A DNA stretch of 64,000 nucleotides, from the NCBI GenBank assembly GCA_026416195.1, contig JAOAFQ010000191.1:28719-92718 (forward strand). The letters run 5' to 3'. Each line of letters begins with the position of its first letter. The first letter of the stretch is position 1. The translations under genes were made by a program, and so were the position numbers. The notes beneath the pieces were generated by a model. That model was not told the origin of the DNA, ran no database searches, and worked only from the letters and a program-made list of their open reading frames with translations. The stretch comes from Candidatus Aminicenantes bacterium. Lineage in GTDB: Bacteria > Acidobacteriota > Aminicenantia > Aminicenantales > CALLJL01. Positions 10,801 to 20,081 of the stretch are shown here, one piece after another.

Positions 10801-11300
10801 ATAAAATTGATGAAGAAAGTAAAAAACAGTTTTTGCAGGCTCTAGATCGAGTTAACCGTCACTTTCAAGACGTTTTTACTTTTCTTTTCCGGGGCGGAGT
10901 AGCTGAAATCCGCCTCACTAACCCTGAAAATCCTTTAGAAAGTGGAGCTGAAATTTTTGCTCAACCCCCAGGGAAAAAGCTTCAAAATATCAGCCTTCTC
11001 TCTGGCGGAGAAAAAAGTTTGACCTCCTTGGCCTTTCTTTTCGCCCTTTTCCGGACTCGACCGACACCCTTCTGTATCCTTGATGAGGTTGATGCCGCCC
11101 TTGACGAAAATAATATTTCTCGTTTTCTTGATCTTATGCAAGAAATGAAAGAAACAACTCAATTCATTATAGTCACCCATAATTATAAAACCATGGAAGT
11201 AGCTGATTATATTTATGGAACTACAATGGAAGAACCTAATGTCACTCGCCTTTATTCAGTGCGTCTTGAAAAGAAACAGGAGGTACCTACTCTTTCATGA
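7824..11300 (+). CDS. smc: chromosome segregation protein SMC
   Basis: The 1158-aa ORF has an N-terminal Walker A (GPNGTGKSN), long coiled-coil regions, a hinge, and the C-terminal signature LSGGEKSLTSLAFLFALF followed by a Walker B region. Confidence 0.95.
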   Translation: MIIKKLEIHGFKSFPDRTKIIFHPGITAIVGPNGTGKSNIIDAILWVLGGQRQKALRGEKTEDIIFNGNNNRPALSLAEVIMTLEEGPEELVISHRLFRSGESEYRLNGKPVRLRDIQETLWKREVAEKDYYIIEQGSIGLLLTSKPQEKRQLLEEAAGTAFYKEKKKQAQHKLEDTEQNLTRLEDIIAEVARTKNSLARQAAAARRYRQLREKIRQLRSLLFLKKLNQLEEKKQEIFLAYQASLDLENQCLAKIKAAEKEISFIRQKLWTTGPQLDQVREELHSLEKYRQKLEATKETKKLEFLEERKKQALEEIRQLEEEKNVLDQELTLLKTVETELEENLREKHQMFNQVKRDWEESDQRRRQMTIQLQQLRDNHLQKVANLTEKKNMLSRWEKEFELSWKQENKLITQKEKAAQQLQSIKDKMDKMRTQIEAIQKEKKLVENEIEKTQQEIELLKKELDKTRVEEREKLKRKEALIYEIETLNKIREKSTSQLGFELPGSWGRLLDLLSAEPGFGHLLDVFLGEATQATVIPAETLLSEELPEIKGLIFVLPSSREKIKPEWPDHPEIIGWLKDNLHPHGLLASRWSEFPDALVVQNLKTAIDLWLKYPELNFVTLKGEILLANGLLRAPKRANGLFALKEEEQKRHQELLKIEEELKPLEAKIMELTKNVKQMETFIEEKRQRETILETKLKEMDREIARLRMEEDQLIQNHNLFENELEFLLQEKKRIETELNLFKIQINSLVEEEIFIRDKITALEKILEEEEQKFNFQTHQVMELKAQVEIEETKRNHLRRQIEALEQRKSHLAQKIQTLTTQVESLEKEEKEVRQTLKALAEEIKSISSKIEKKQEEVTILENQYHQLRQEDELKEKEMAELRIAYENQKDERMKHEIARTQVERDLANLAENCWQELRKTLEELKADSPQKEMFSGEIEAELAKAEEELQKFKAVNLMAEEEYQQQKERYNFLLAQRNDLRESIEATKKAIDKIDEESKKQFLQALDRVNRHFQDVFTFLFRGGVAEIRLTNPENPLESGAEIFAQPPGKKLQNISLLSGGEKSLTSLAFLFALFRTRPTPFCILDEVDAALDENNISRFLDLMQEMKETTQFIIVTHNYKTMEVADYIYGTTMEEPNVTRLYSVRLEKKQEVPTLS

Positions 11301-12784
11301 AAGTTCAGTTATTTGTTCCGCCGGCTGGTTATTTAGCAGAACGCTGGTCAAAAGGAACTTTAATGCCCCCTTTAGGAATTCTTTATATTGCTGCTGTTTT
11401 GGAAAAAGCAGGAATAGCAGTTGAGGTTATTCCAGCCGATCTGCTTAATTTAAGCTGGCGGGAAATCGGCCAAAAAATTGAAACAGGTCAGGCTGATATT
11501 ATCGGGGTAACTTCGACTACTGAAAATCGTTTCCAAAGTTTTAAGCTTTTACAAGTGGCTCGATGGGCCAATCCCAAGGCTATAACCGTTCTTGGTGGCC
11601 CTCACGCTTCAATGGCCGCTGAAGATGCTTTGACCCATTTTCCTGAAATTGACGTGGTTGTCCGGGGTGAAGGCGAATTAACCATGTTAGAAATCTGCCG
11701 GGCCCTTCAAGAAAAGAAAAACCTTGAAAATTTGAGGCCAGTCGCTGGCATTTCATTTCGCCTTAATGGCCAGATAATTACTAATCCTCTTCGGCCTTTT
11801 ATTGCAGACCTTGATGCTCTTCCCTATCCAGCTTTCCATCTTGTCCCCTTTGAAAAATACAATTTCCGAATTGAAGTTCCTGGAAAAGGCCGTCTCCCGG
11901 CAGTTAATTTAATGACCTCTAGAGGATGTCCTTTTAGTTGCAATTTTTGTGCTACTCCTATCAACTGGGGCCGACATGTTCGGGTCAGATCCCCATTAAA
12001 TGTAATTGAAGAAATTGAATTTCTAATTGAAAAATATGGAGCCCAAGTAATTTATTTTTATGATGATACCTTTAACTTGAGTCAGCGTCGGGTCGAAGAA
12101 ATCACAGAGTTAATGATTGAAAGAAAATTACCCATCTATTGGTGTTGCGAAGTAAGAATCGATCTTATGACTAAGGCCCTATTAGCTCGGATGAAAGAGG
12201 CTGGCCTTTTTCAAATTTCCTTCGGCTTAGAAGCTGGCTCAGAAAGGATAAGAAATGAAATCATAAACAAAAAAATAAATATTAGAGATTTTCACAATTT
12301 AGTAGCTTGGTGCCAAGAATTAGAAATTATTCCTAGTGTTTTTTTTATTTTTAGTCATCCGACAGAAACTTGGGAAGAAGCCCAAGAAACCATAAAAATT
12401 ATTGAAACCTATCGAGAGCAGATAGAAGCCACAGTCGCTATTTTACATATTTATCCAGGAACTCCTTTGGAAAAAATGGCTCGAGAAAAAGGAATTCTGC
12501 CAGCTAATTTTACTTGGAGTAAAAAACATCTTCCTGGAGTTATCACTCTACCCACCGCTCAAGGAGATGTTCCTCTCTACGTTGATCAGCTTACCTGGGC
12601 CCAAATTTCTGAGCTTCTTTTTCGCTGGTCGATGAGCGGCGGCCGTATTTCTCTCTGGCGAAAAGCGATCAATTCATTTAAAAATATAAGGTGCTTTGCA
12701 GATTTTAAGCGTTATGTTATCATGGCGCTCGTTTTTCTCAGGTTGAAATTGAGGTCAATTTGGGAAAAGCCAAGAAATAAATGA
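11297..12784 (+). CDS. B12-binding-domain radical SAM protein (class B)
   Basis: Its start overlaps the smc stop (ATGA). The N-terminus has a B12-binding-like fold (GILYIAAVLEKAGIAVEVIP). The radical SAM core carries a CxxxCxxC motif (SRGCPFSCNFC). It is 495 aa long. Confidence 0.75.
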   Translation: MKVQLFVPPAGYLAERWSKGTLMPPLGILYIAAVLEKAGIAVEVIPADLLNLSWREIGQKIETGQADIIGVTSTTENRFQSFKLLQVARWANPKAITVLGGPHASMAAEDALTHFPEIDVVVRGEGELTMLEICRALQEKKNLENLRPVAGISFRLNGQIITNPLRPFIADLDALPYPAFHLVPFEKYNFRIEVPGKGRLPAVNLMTSRGCPFSCNFCATPINWGRHVRVRSPLNVIEEIEFLIEKYGAQVIYFYDDTFNLSQRRVEEITELMIERKLPIYWCCEVRIDLMTKALLARMKEAGLFQISFGLEAGSERIRNEIINKKINIRDFHNLVAWCQELEIIPSVFFIFSHPTETWEEAQETIKIIETYREQIEATVAILHIYPGTPLEKMAREKGILPANFTWSKKHLPGVITLPTAQGDVPLYVDQLTWAQISELLFRWSMSGGRISLWRKAINSFKNIRCFADFKRYVIMALVFLRLKLRSIWEKPRNK

Positions 12785-12797
12785 AAAGGAGGGCTTA

Positions 12798-14270
12798 ATG
12801 CATACCTATCTTTACATCATCCTGGCTTATCTGCTGGTACTTACGGTCATTAATTTTATTCGATCCAAGAGAATCAAGAGCCAAGAAGATTTTATGGTGG
12901 CTGGCCGAAAACTCAAAACTTCAGTTATGGTCTTTACCCTCATTTGTACTTGGATTGGATCTGGGACATTTATTGCCGGCGCAGAATTCGCTTCCAAAGC
13001 TGGTTTTTCAGCTCTTTGGTTAGCCGCGGGCGCTTGGGTCGGAATAATTGTGATTTATTTTCTCGCTGGAAAAATCCAAACCTTCGGCCAATATACTATT
13101 GGCGATATTTTAGAAACTCGATATGGCCCGGCCGCCCGACTAATTGGAGCAATTGCCTTAATAATTTCTTTCATAGCCATTGTTTCTTACCAATTTGTCG
13201 CTGGTGGATTTATTTTAAACGTGACCACGGACGGAGCAATTCCGGATTCGGTTGGAACCATTATCGCGGCTATTTTTGTCATTTTGTTTACCGCTCTTGG
13301 AGGTATGGTGGCTGTTGCTTATACTGATTTGCCTAACGGCATCATCATCTTACTGGCTTGTTTACTTTCAGTTCCCTTTGTCTATGTGGCTGCTGGAGGT
13401 TTGAGCACAGCCACACAAGTTCTTCCTCCGGGCTATTTTGCTGTAGTCAATGAACAATTTGGGGCTCATCCTACCCTAAAAGTCGGGGGATATTTCCTTT
13501 CCACTCTGCTCCTTCTTATGGGCGTCCAAAGCATGTATCAGAAATTTTATAGCGCCCGAACTCCCAAAGATGCTAAAAAAGCGGTTATCCTTTGGACAAT
13601 TGGAACTATTTTCGTTGAAACGGTGGTGGTGGTCATAGCAGTCTTTGCCTACAGCAAGTTTAAAGATCAGCTAGATCTTTCCATTCCGAAGGAAGGGGGT
13701 AAGGTTGTTTTGATGGCGGCCAGAAATTTAGTGCCTGCCCCAGTCGGAGTCCTCTTGCTTGGGGCAGCTTGCGCGGTTGTCATTAGTACCGGCATGAATT
13801 ATCTCCTTTCGCCTTCCACCACGATCATGCGCGATATTTATCAGCGCTTCTTCAAGAAAGAGGCTGATCAAAAAACCATGGTGGCTCTACAAAAGACATT
13901 TGTGACCATCCTAGGGGTCATTGCTTTCCTTTTGGCTACTAGATTAAAGTCAGTCCTTGAAATGAGTTACTTCGCTTACACCATTTATGGGGTAGCAATA
14001 ACTCCCGCCCTTGTAGCTGCTTTGGCTTGGAAAAGGGCTACGAAAGCTGGCGGTTTGGCTTCCATTGCTTCAGGAACAATTGTCTGTATTGTCCTTAAAG
14101 TCTTGGCTGAAGTTTTGCCTCCAGAAAAAGTTCCGGAAGGCGATCCTTGGGGAATTCCGTTGATTTACCCGGCTTTCGCCGCTTCCTTAATCACGCTGAT
14201 TGTGGTCAGTCTACTGACTAAAAAGCCTAAACCAGAGGAACTAGAAAAGTTTTTCCCCAATAAAAAATAA
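12798..14270 (+). CDS. sodium:solute symporter (SSS) family transporter
   Basis: The 490-aa ORF is polytopic and hydrophobic throughout with SSS-like organisation. It sits 13 bp after the radical SAM gene. Confidence 0.8.
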   Translation: MHTYLYIILAYLLVLTVINFIRSKRIKSQEDFMVAGRKLKTSVMVFTLICTWIGSGTFIAGAEFASKAGFSALWLAAGAWVGIIVIYFLAGKIQTFGQYTIGDILETRYGPAARLIGAIALIISFIAIVSYQFVAGGFILNVTTDGAIPDSVGTIIAAIFVILFTALGGMVAVAYTDLPNGIIILLACLLSVPFVYVAAGGLSTATQVLPPGYFAVVNEQFGAHPTLKVGGYFLSTLLLLMGVQSMYQKFYSARTPKDAKKAVILWTIGTIFVETVVVVIAVFAYSKFKDQLDLSIPKEGGKVVLMAARNLVPAPVGVLLLGAACAVVISTGMNYLLSPSTTIMRDIYQRFFKKEADQKTMVALQKTFVTILGVIAFLLATRLKSVLEMSYFAYTIYGVAITPALVAALAWKRATKAGGLASIASGTIVCIVLKVLAEVLPPEKVPEGDPWGIPLIYPAFAASLITLIVVSLLTKKPKPEELEKFFPNKK

Positions 14271-14272
14271 AG

Positions 14273-15307
14273 ATGATTACTGGTTTAGTTCGCGATTGGC
14301 GTTATTTGAATCATGAAATGGGGCCTTATCATGTCGAAAGTCCAGCTCGTCTCGAAGTTATCTATCGGATGATTGAAGAAGAGCCGGACCTGGCTAATCT
14401 AGTTTTAATTGAACCTAGAGAAGCGAAGGAAGATGAAATTGCTCTGATTCATTATCCAAGTTATATTGACCGTTTAAAAGAGACCAAAGGAAAACCTAGA
14501 GTTATCCTTGATCCAGACACTTCTACCTGTGCCCTCTCTTATGAAACCGCTCTTTTAGCTGTCGGCGGAGTTTTGGAAGCTGCTCGAGCTATCATGGAAA
14601 AAAGAATAGATAATGCCTTTGCTTTAGTTCGTCCTCCTGGCCATCATGCCGAGGCTTCAAGAGCCATGGGTTTCTGTCTCTTCAATAATGTAGCTATTGC
14701 CGCCCGATGGCTAAGACAACAATATGGTTTGGAAAGAATTTTAATAATTGATTGGGATCTGCATCATGGTAATGGAACCCAGCATGCCTTTTATCGAGAA
14801 AAGGAAGTTCTCTATTTTTCCACCCATCAATTTCCTTACTATCCAGGAACTGGCTCCTGGGAAGAAGTTGGCGAGGGGGAGGGTCTCGGTTTTACATTTA
14901 ATGTTCCCCTTTCTCCTGGCAAAGGAGATGCTGATTTTCTTTTTATTTTTAAAGAAATTCTTGGCCCTATCGTCGACATTTATCAGCCTCAGTTTATTTT
15001 AGTTTCAGCTGGCTTTGATATTTATTCTGGAGACCCTTTGGGCGGGATGATGGTCACAGGCGTTGGTTTTGCAGCTTTGGCGGGCCTATTATTGGAAATG
15101 GCTAGAAAAATCTGTGACAGTCGCTTGCTTTTAGTTCTGGAAGGTGGTTATAGTCTTGAGGGCTTGCGGAGCGGTGTCAAAGAAATTCTTTTCCAGCTCT
15201 CTGGCCTCAAAGAGCCGCCCGAAATTGAGCCGGTTATTTCGGCCTTAACCAAAAAAGAGCTTGAGCCGGCTTTTAAAAATTTGAGGCAATATTGGCTAAA
15301 AACCTAA
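14273..15307 (+). CDS. histone deacetylase / AcuC / acetylpolyamine amidohydrolase family protein
   Basis: It carries the HDAC-family zinc and catalytic motifs (DWDLHHGNGTQ, GFCLFNN) and is 344 aa long. It starts 2 bp after the SSS transporter stop. Confidence 0.8.
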   Translation: MITGLVRDWRYLNHEMGPYHVESPARLEVIYRMIEEEPDLANLVLIEPREAKEDEIALIHYPSYIDRLKETKGKPRVILDPDTSTCALSYETALLAVGGVLEAARAIMEKRIDNAFALVRPPGHHAEASRAMGFCLFNNVAIAARWLRQQYGLERILIIDWDLHHGNGTQHAFYREKEVLYFSTHQFPYYPGTGSWEEVGEGEGLGFTFNVPLSPGKGDADFLFIFKEILGPIVDIYQPQFILVSAGFDIYSGDPLGGMMVTGVGFAALAGLLLEMARKICDSRLLLVLEGGYSLEGLRSGVKEILFQLSGLKEPPEIEPVISALTKKELEPAFKNLRQYWLKT

Positions 15308-15329
15308 TTAGGACCCTCTTTGGAAAAAA

Positions 15330-17705
15330 TTAATCGTTATGTTCTTCAACCGCTTTTGAAGTTCCATAATAATCAAATATGAGAAGATGGTCTTGGCGAG
15401 TACAATAGCGCTGAGGTTCAGTGCCAGGAAAAAAAACTTCCTTTAAAGGCCAAAGACAGTTAGGCGTAGCTAAAAATCCTGTTTTCCGATCAATAGTGAT
15501 AAAATGCAAGTTGGGTGGAACTTCAAAATCCTCATAAATAAAATCAGTACCATTGTCTTTGGCTCTCTTTTTCTCGTCTTCAATAACTTTTTTAAAAAAA
15601 TCTATCCAAACGGGCAGAGCCGCAACTGCCCCGGCCATTCGATCACCAATACTCACTTTCGTATCATAACCTATCCAGACCCCAGCACAGAGGGACGGCG
15701 AAAAGCCAATAAACCAGGCGTCTGTAAAATCATCGGTTGTCCCTGTTTTCCCAGCTAAAGCTTTATCGTTTAAGAGAGATGAGGCAGCCTCAGCTGTTCC
15801 TCTTTCAATGACTCCCTTTAAAAGGTACGTCATCATATAAGCCAGCTGTGGCGAGATTACAGTTTCGCTTTCAGGCTGATTTTCTTCAAGGATATTACCC
15901 TGCTTGTCCTCAATTCTTCGAATAAAATAGGGTTTTGCCCTCAACCCTTTGTTGGGAAAAACCGTATAGGCTGAAACCAATTCAAGTAAACTTATTTCGA
16001 AGGCTCCCAAGGAAAGAGAAAGATAAGGATAGATGGGCGAGGTTATTCCAAATTTCCGGCAATATTCAACCCCCAGCTGAGGCGAAATATAATCAAGAAG
16101 CTTGGCCGTGACCACATTCCTTGATTCTTCTATACCTATTCTTAGCGTGACCGCTCCTTTGTATTTTCGATCATAATTTCGGGGGGTCCAAGGTTGGCCT
16201 GTCCAGCGATCAGTAAAAGTAACGGGTTCATCAATGATTTGGCTAGCTGGTGTAAACCCTTTTTCCAGAGCGGCTACATAAAGAATGGGCTTGATGGCTG
16301 AACCCACTTGACGCAAAGCCTGAGTTGCCCGATTAAATTTGCTACGATTGAAAGAATATCCACCGACCATGGATTTGATTTCACCCGTATGAGGGTCAAT
16401 AGCTAAAAAGGCACCTTCGATTAACGGTTCTTGGTCAAGAGAAACCAAAACTTTTTTGCCTATCTCATCCACTTCATTTATTCGAACTTGAATTACATCG
16501 CCCGGTTGAATAAGCTTTTCTAAATTATCTGTTCTTGTCCAAGCAATGTCTTTATTCGTCAACCACCCCTCATAATCCCTAATTCTAATCGTCGCTTCTT
16601 GCTTCATCACTGACAGAACAATCGCTTGAACGATATCTCCCGGCTTTAAGGGGGCAAGACGCCAACTTGGCAACCAGACCTTTTTAAGATCTTGATTGCC
16701 TTCTTGAAGGAGATTTCTTTTATCTTTTCGCCAACCTTTCAATTTGTCAATTTCCCTTAAACGTTTAAGTAGGGCTTCTTCAGCCCAGCTTTGCATTACC
16801 GGATTGAGGGTTGTATAAATTTTTAAACCAGACCGATAAAGAAGATCAGCCCCATATTTCTTTTCGACATATTTTCTGACTTCCTCGAAAAAATAGGCGC
16901 CAAACTCAGAGCTTTGACGATGAAGGGGCAAGACTTCTATAGGTTTCTTTTTTGCTTCTTCGGCTTCTTCTTTAGAAATAAAACCTTCTTCAGCCATTCT
17001 ATTAAGCACATGGTTCCTTCTTCTTAAAGTAACCTCAGGATTAGTATAGGGAGAGTAAACCTCTGGACCACGGAAAATGCCGGCGATTAAGGCTGCTTCC
17101 TCTAAGGTCAAATCAGAAACCCTTTTGCCAAAAAAAAGATTGGCCGCGGTTTCCACTCCATAAACTCCGTGGCCCAGATAGCATTGATTGCAATACATCT
17201 CAAAAATTTTTTCCTTGGAATATCGTCTCTCAATTTGAAGTGCTAGATAGGTCTCCTTTAGTTTTCGGCCTAGCGTCTGCTGGCTATAAAGAAAAAGCTG
17301 CCTGGCTAGCTGTTGAGTTATCGTACTTCCTCCTTGGAGACGGCGAACTCGTCCTTGCTTCAAATTAGTCCAGAGCGCTCTCAAAATGCCCCGAAAATCT
17401 ACTCCATGGTGTCGGAAAAAGCGCGGATCTTCTGTGGCTACTATGGCCTGTTTTAAAACCAAAGGAATTTTATCATAAGAAATTTCAATCCGACGCTCAA
17501 TCGCGAATTCTTTAATCGCTGTACCATCATCGGCCAAAACCGTCGTTATAATATTAGGTTCAAAGTGCTCAAGTTCAGCGACATCAGGTAAGTTAATTTT
17601 GATGGCCCGAAAAATCCCAACTATCCCTCCAGCTAAAATAGAAAAACTAAAAAAAATTAAAATTAGCCAAAGCCGCCTGGTCTTTCTTTGGCTTTTTTTC
17701 CTCAT
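15330..17705 (-). CDS. class A penicillin-binding protein (bifunctional transglycosylase/transpeptidase, PBP1A type)
   Basis: It has an N-terminal TM helix, a GT51 motif (EDPRFFRHHGVD), and transpeptidase SxxK (GSAIKP) and KTG (AGKTGTT) motifs. It is 791 aa long. Confidence 0.9.
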   Translation of the reverse strand: MRKKSQRKTRRLWLILIFFSFSILAGGIVGIFRAIKINLPDVAELEHFEPNIITTVLADDGTAIKEFAIERRIEISYDKIPLVLKQAIVATEDPRFFRHHGVDFRGILRALWTNLKQGRVRRLQGGSTITQQLARQLFLYSQQTLGRKLKETYLALQIERRYSKEKIFEMYCNQCYLGHGVYGVETAANLFFGKRVSDLTLEEAALIAGIFRGPEVYSPYTNPEVTLRRRNHVLNRMAEEGFISKEEAEEAKKKPIEVLPLHRQSSEFGAYFFEEVRKYVEKKYGADLLYRSGLKIYTTLNPVMQSWAEEALLKRLREIDKLKGWRKDKRNLLQEGNQDLKKVWLPSWRLAPLKPGDIVQAIVLSVMKQEATIRIRDYEGWLTNKDIAWTRTDNLEKLIQPGDVIQVRINEVDEIGKKVLVSLDQEPLIEGAFLAIDPHTGEIKSMVGGYSFNRSKFNRATQALRQVGSAIKPILYVAALEKGFTPASQIIDEPVTFTDRWTGQPWTPRNYDRKYKGAVTLRIGIEESRNVVTAKLLDYISPQLGVEYCRKFGITSPIYPYLSLSLGAFEISLLELVSAYTVFPNKGLRAKPYFIRRIEDKQGNILEENQPESETVISPQLAYMMTYLLKGVIERGTAEAASSLLNDKALAGKTGTTDDFTDAWFIGFSPSLCAGVWIGYDTKVSIGDRMAGAVAALPVWIDFFKKVIEDEKKRAKDNGTDFIYEDFEVPPNLHFITIDRKTGFLATPNCLWPLKEVFFPGTEPQRYCTRQDHLLIFDYYGTSKAVEEHND

Positions 17706-17768
17706 TCTTCCTTTTAATTATTTATTTCTCCAAATCTTATCAAAAAATCCGGTTAATTTCGAGAAGGG

Positions 17769-18401
17769 TTAGGAAAGGAGCTTTTTCTTTTTCAAAAGGG
17801 CGATAACTCGATTAAAAATTAACTCCCCTATTTGGGGTTTGCTTTGAGTCGCGTCTAGATGATAAAAATTACGTCCCTTCAAACTCTGAAAAATTTCCGC
17901 CACTTTCTCGAGATATCTTTCCTGCTCAAAGAGAATATCTTTCTTTCGCCGATGGCTAATTCGGCTCAATCCCTCAGAAGCTGAAAGATGGAGAATAAAG
18001 ACAGCATCCGGTTTAGGAGCAAAGGCCTCATTAATTTTTCGAATATAAAGCGGATCAATTCCCCGGGCTCCTTGATAAGCCATCGTCGAAAAATAATAGC
18101 GATCAAGAATGACAATTTTTTTTTGGTTAAGAGCCGGTAAAATATGCCGCTTTACATTATCTTCCCGGTCTCGAAGAAAAAGCTCAAGTTCCTCCTGCGG
18201 ATCAAGGCTGATCTTGGATCGAGCCATAGCTCTGATTTTTCTCCCCCACCGACTTCTGGTCGGTTCCCTGAGAGTAATTACGGACAGGCCTAATTTCTTT
18301 AACTTTCGAGCTAAAAACCTAGCCTGAGTTGTTTTCCCTGAGCCATCAATTCCTTCAATCACAATGAGAAGGCCCCGTTTTTCTCTCACCTTTTTCTCCA
18401 A
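17769..18401 (-). CDS. tmk: thymidylate kinase
   Basis: It carries the P-loop LIVIEGIDGSGKTTQ and has a Tmk-like length of 210 aa. Confidence 0.9.
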   Translation of the reverse strand: MEKKVREKRGLLIVIEGIDGSGKTTQARFLARKLKKLGLSVITLREPTRSRWGRKIRAMARSKISLDPQEELELFLRDREDNVKRHILPALNQKKIVILDRYYFSTMAYQGARGIDPLYIRKINEAFAPKPDAVFILHLSASEGLSRISHRRKKDILFEQERYLEKVAEIFQSLKGRNFYHLDATQSKPQIGELIFNRVIALLKKKKLLS

Positions 18402-18589
18402 TCATAGAAATTCTTTTTCGCCATCTTAATGATTTAAAAAGATTCTTGCAACTTTTCACCCATTAAAACGGTTTTTTTTGAATAAGGAAAGAAATTATTT
18501 GTTAATTAAAATCGATCACTTATTAAGTTAATAATTTGTCTTTTAACTTTCCCTGTGATAATTTAATTATTACTAGGAGGTATAAAGGA

Positions 18590-20080
18590 ATGAAAAAGTA
18601 CTTGTGGATTGGTGGCACAGGATTCATCTTAGGACTTCTAGTGGCTGGTCTGATTTTGATTCAGCCTAATGATCAGACTAGGATAAAGGCGAAAGCCGAA
18701 CCTTCTAGCGGCTCCTTTAGTCTCAATAATCATCTATTTGCCTCTCCTATGCCTGAAGCAACAACCTCCTTCGATTTTGCTCGCATTGCTGAAAAGGTCG
18801 GTCCAGCAGTGGTAAAAATTGTTTGTGAACGCCTCGAAAAGGTAAGAAGTTTTGAAGAAGAGTGGCCCTTTGATGAATTTTGGGATCGCTTCTTTGGTCT
18901 TCCTCGAAGACAACCTCGGGAATATAAAACCACAGTTCAGGGCACAGGTTTTTTTATTAGTTCTGACGGTTATATTGTGACCAACAATCATCTGGTTGAA
19001 CAAGCTAATAAGATTTATGTCTATACAAGTCAAGGCGATGAATTATTGGCCAAACATATTGGTCTTGATTCTAGAACAGACCTAGCTTTGATTAAAGTTG
19101 ATGGCAAGAATTTCCCCTATGTGGAGATGGGCGATTCAGCCCAAATTAGAGTCGGCGAATGGGTTCTAGCCATTGGCAATCCTTGGGGTTTAGAGCATAC
19201 GGTAACCGCCGGGATAATCAGCGCCAAGGGGCGTCAATTAGGAACTTCTCAGCCGATTTATCAGGATTTTATTCAAACTGATGCGGCTATTAATCGAGGT
19301 AATTCGGGTGGGCCACTGGTCAATTTAAAAGGGGAAGTTATTGGAATTACTAGCAACATTTTTTCCCCCACAGGAGCTTATGCCGGCATAGGGTTTGCCA
19401 TCCCTTCCAATCTGGCCAAGAAAATTGTGGCTCAATTGAAAGAAAGGGGCCGAGTTATCCGGGGATATCTGGGCATTACTCCGGCCGCTGTCAATGAAGA
19501 ATTTAAACAAGTTCTTAAGCTAAAATCAAAAGAAGGAGCGGTGGTCACTTCAGTTGAGCCTGACAGTCCAGCTGATAAAGCCGGTCTGAAACAATATGAC
19601 GTGATTGTGGAAGTTAATGGGCAAAAGGTTAAAGACGATATGGATCTTCGCTTTAAGGTGGCTGAAATCGCTCCTGGCTCCAAGGCAACCCTTAAAATTA
19701 TCCGGGATGGAAAAGAAATGACTTTAAATGTCGAAATTGGCGAGTTACCTGAAGAAGAACCACCCCAAACCCCTGAATCTGGACCTGAAGATCTGGGTTT
19801 AACTGTAACCACTCTTACCCCGCGAATTGCCCGCTCTTACGGATTAAAAACGCAGGAAGGTGTCTTGGTAACTCAGGTTAATCCATATAGTGAGGCCGCC
19901 CGTAAAGGAGTTCAACCTGGTGATGTAATTCTTGAAGTCAATCGAACTAAAGTTACCACTGCAAGAGACTTTCAACAAATTCTACGAAGGTTTAAATCAG
20001 GGGATCCAATCATTCTCTTAATAAGAAGAGAACAAGAAGGATTAAGCCGTGATTTTATTGTTACATTAAGGATGCCGTAA
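18590..20080 (+). CDS. htrA: HtrA/DegP family periplasmic serine protease with two PDZ domains
   Basis: It has the catalytic motif GNSGGPL, a His/Asp region, and two PDZ-like segments. Start is moved from the track's 18536 to the ATG at 18590, which follows a GGAGG RBS and opens on a signal/TM segment (MKKYLWIGGTGFILGLLVAGLIL). Confidence 0.85.
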   Translation: MKKYLWIGGTGFILGLLVAGLILIQPNDQTRIKAKAEPSSGSFSLNNHLFASPMPEATTSFDFARIAEKVGPAVVKIVCERLEKVRSFEEEWPFDEFWDRFFGLPRRQPREYKTTVQGTGFFISSDGYIVTNNHLVEQANKIYVYTSQGDELLAKHIGLDSRTDLALIKVDGKNFPYVEMGDSAQIRVGEWVLAIGNPWGLEHTVTAGIISAKGRQLGTSQPIYQDFIQTDAAINRGNSGGPLVNLKGEVIGITSNIFSPTGAYAGIGFAIPSNLAKKIVAQLKERGRVIRGYLGITPAAVNEEFKQVLKLKSKEGAVVTSVEPDSPADKAGLKQYDVIVEVNGQKVKDDMDLRFKVAEIAPGSKATLKIIRDGKEMTLNVEIGELPEEEPPQTPESGPEDLGLTVTTLTPRIARSYGLKTQEGVLVTQVNPYSEAARKGVQPGDVILEVNRTKVTTARDFQQILRRFKSGDPIILLIRREQEGLSRDFIVTLRMP

Positions 20081-20081
20081 G

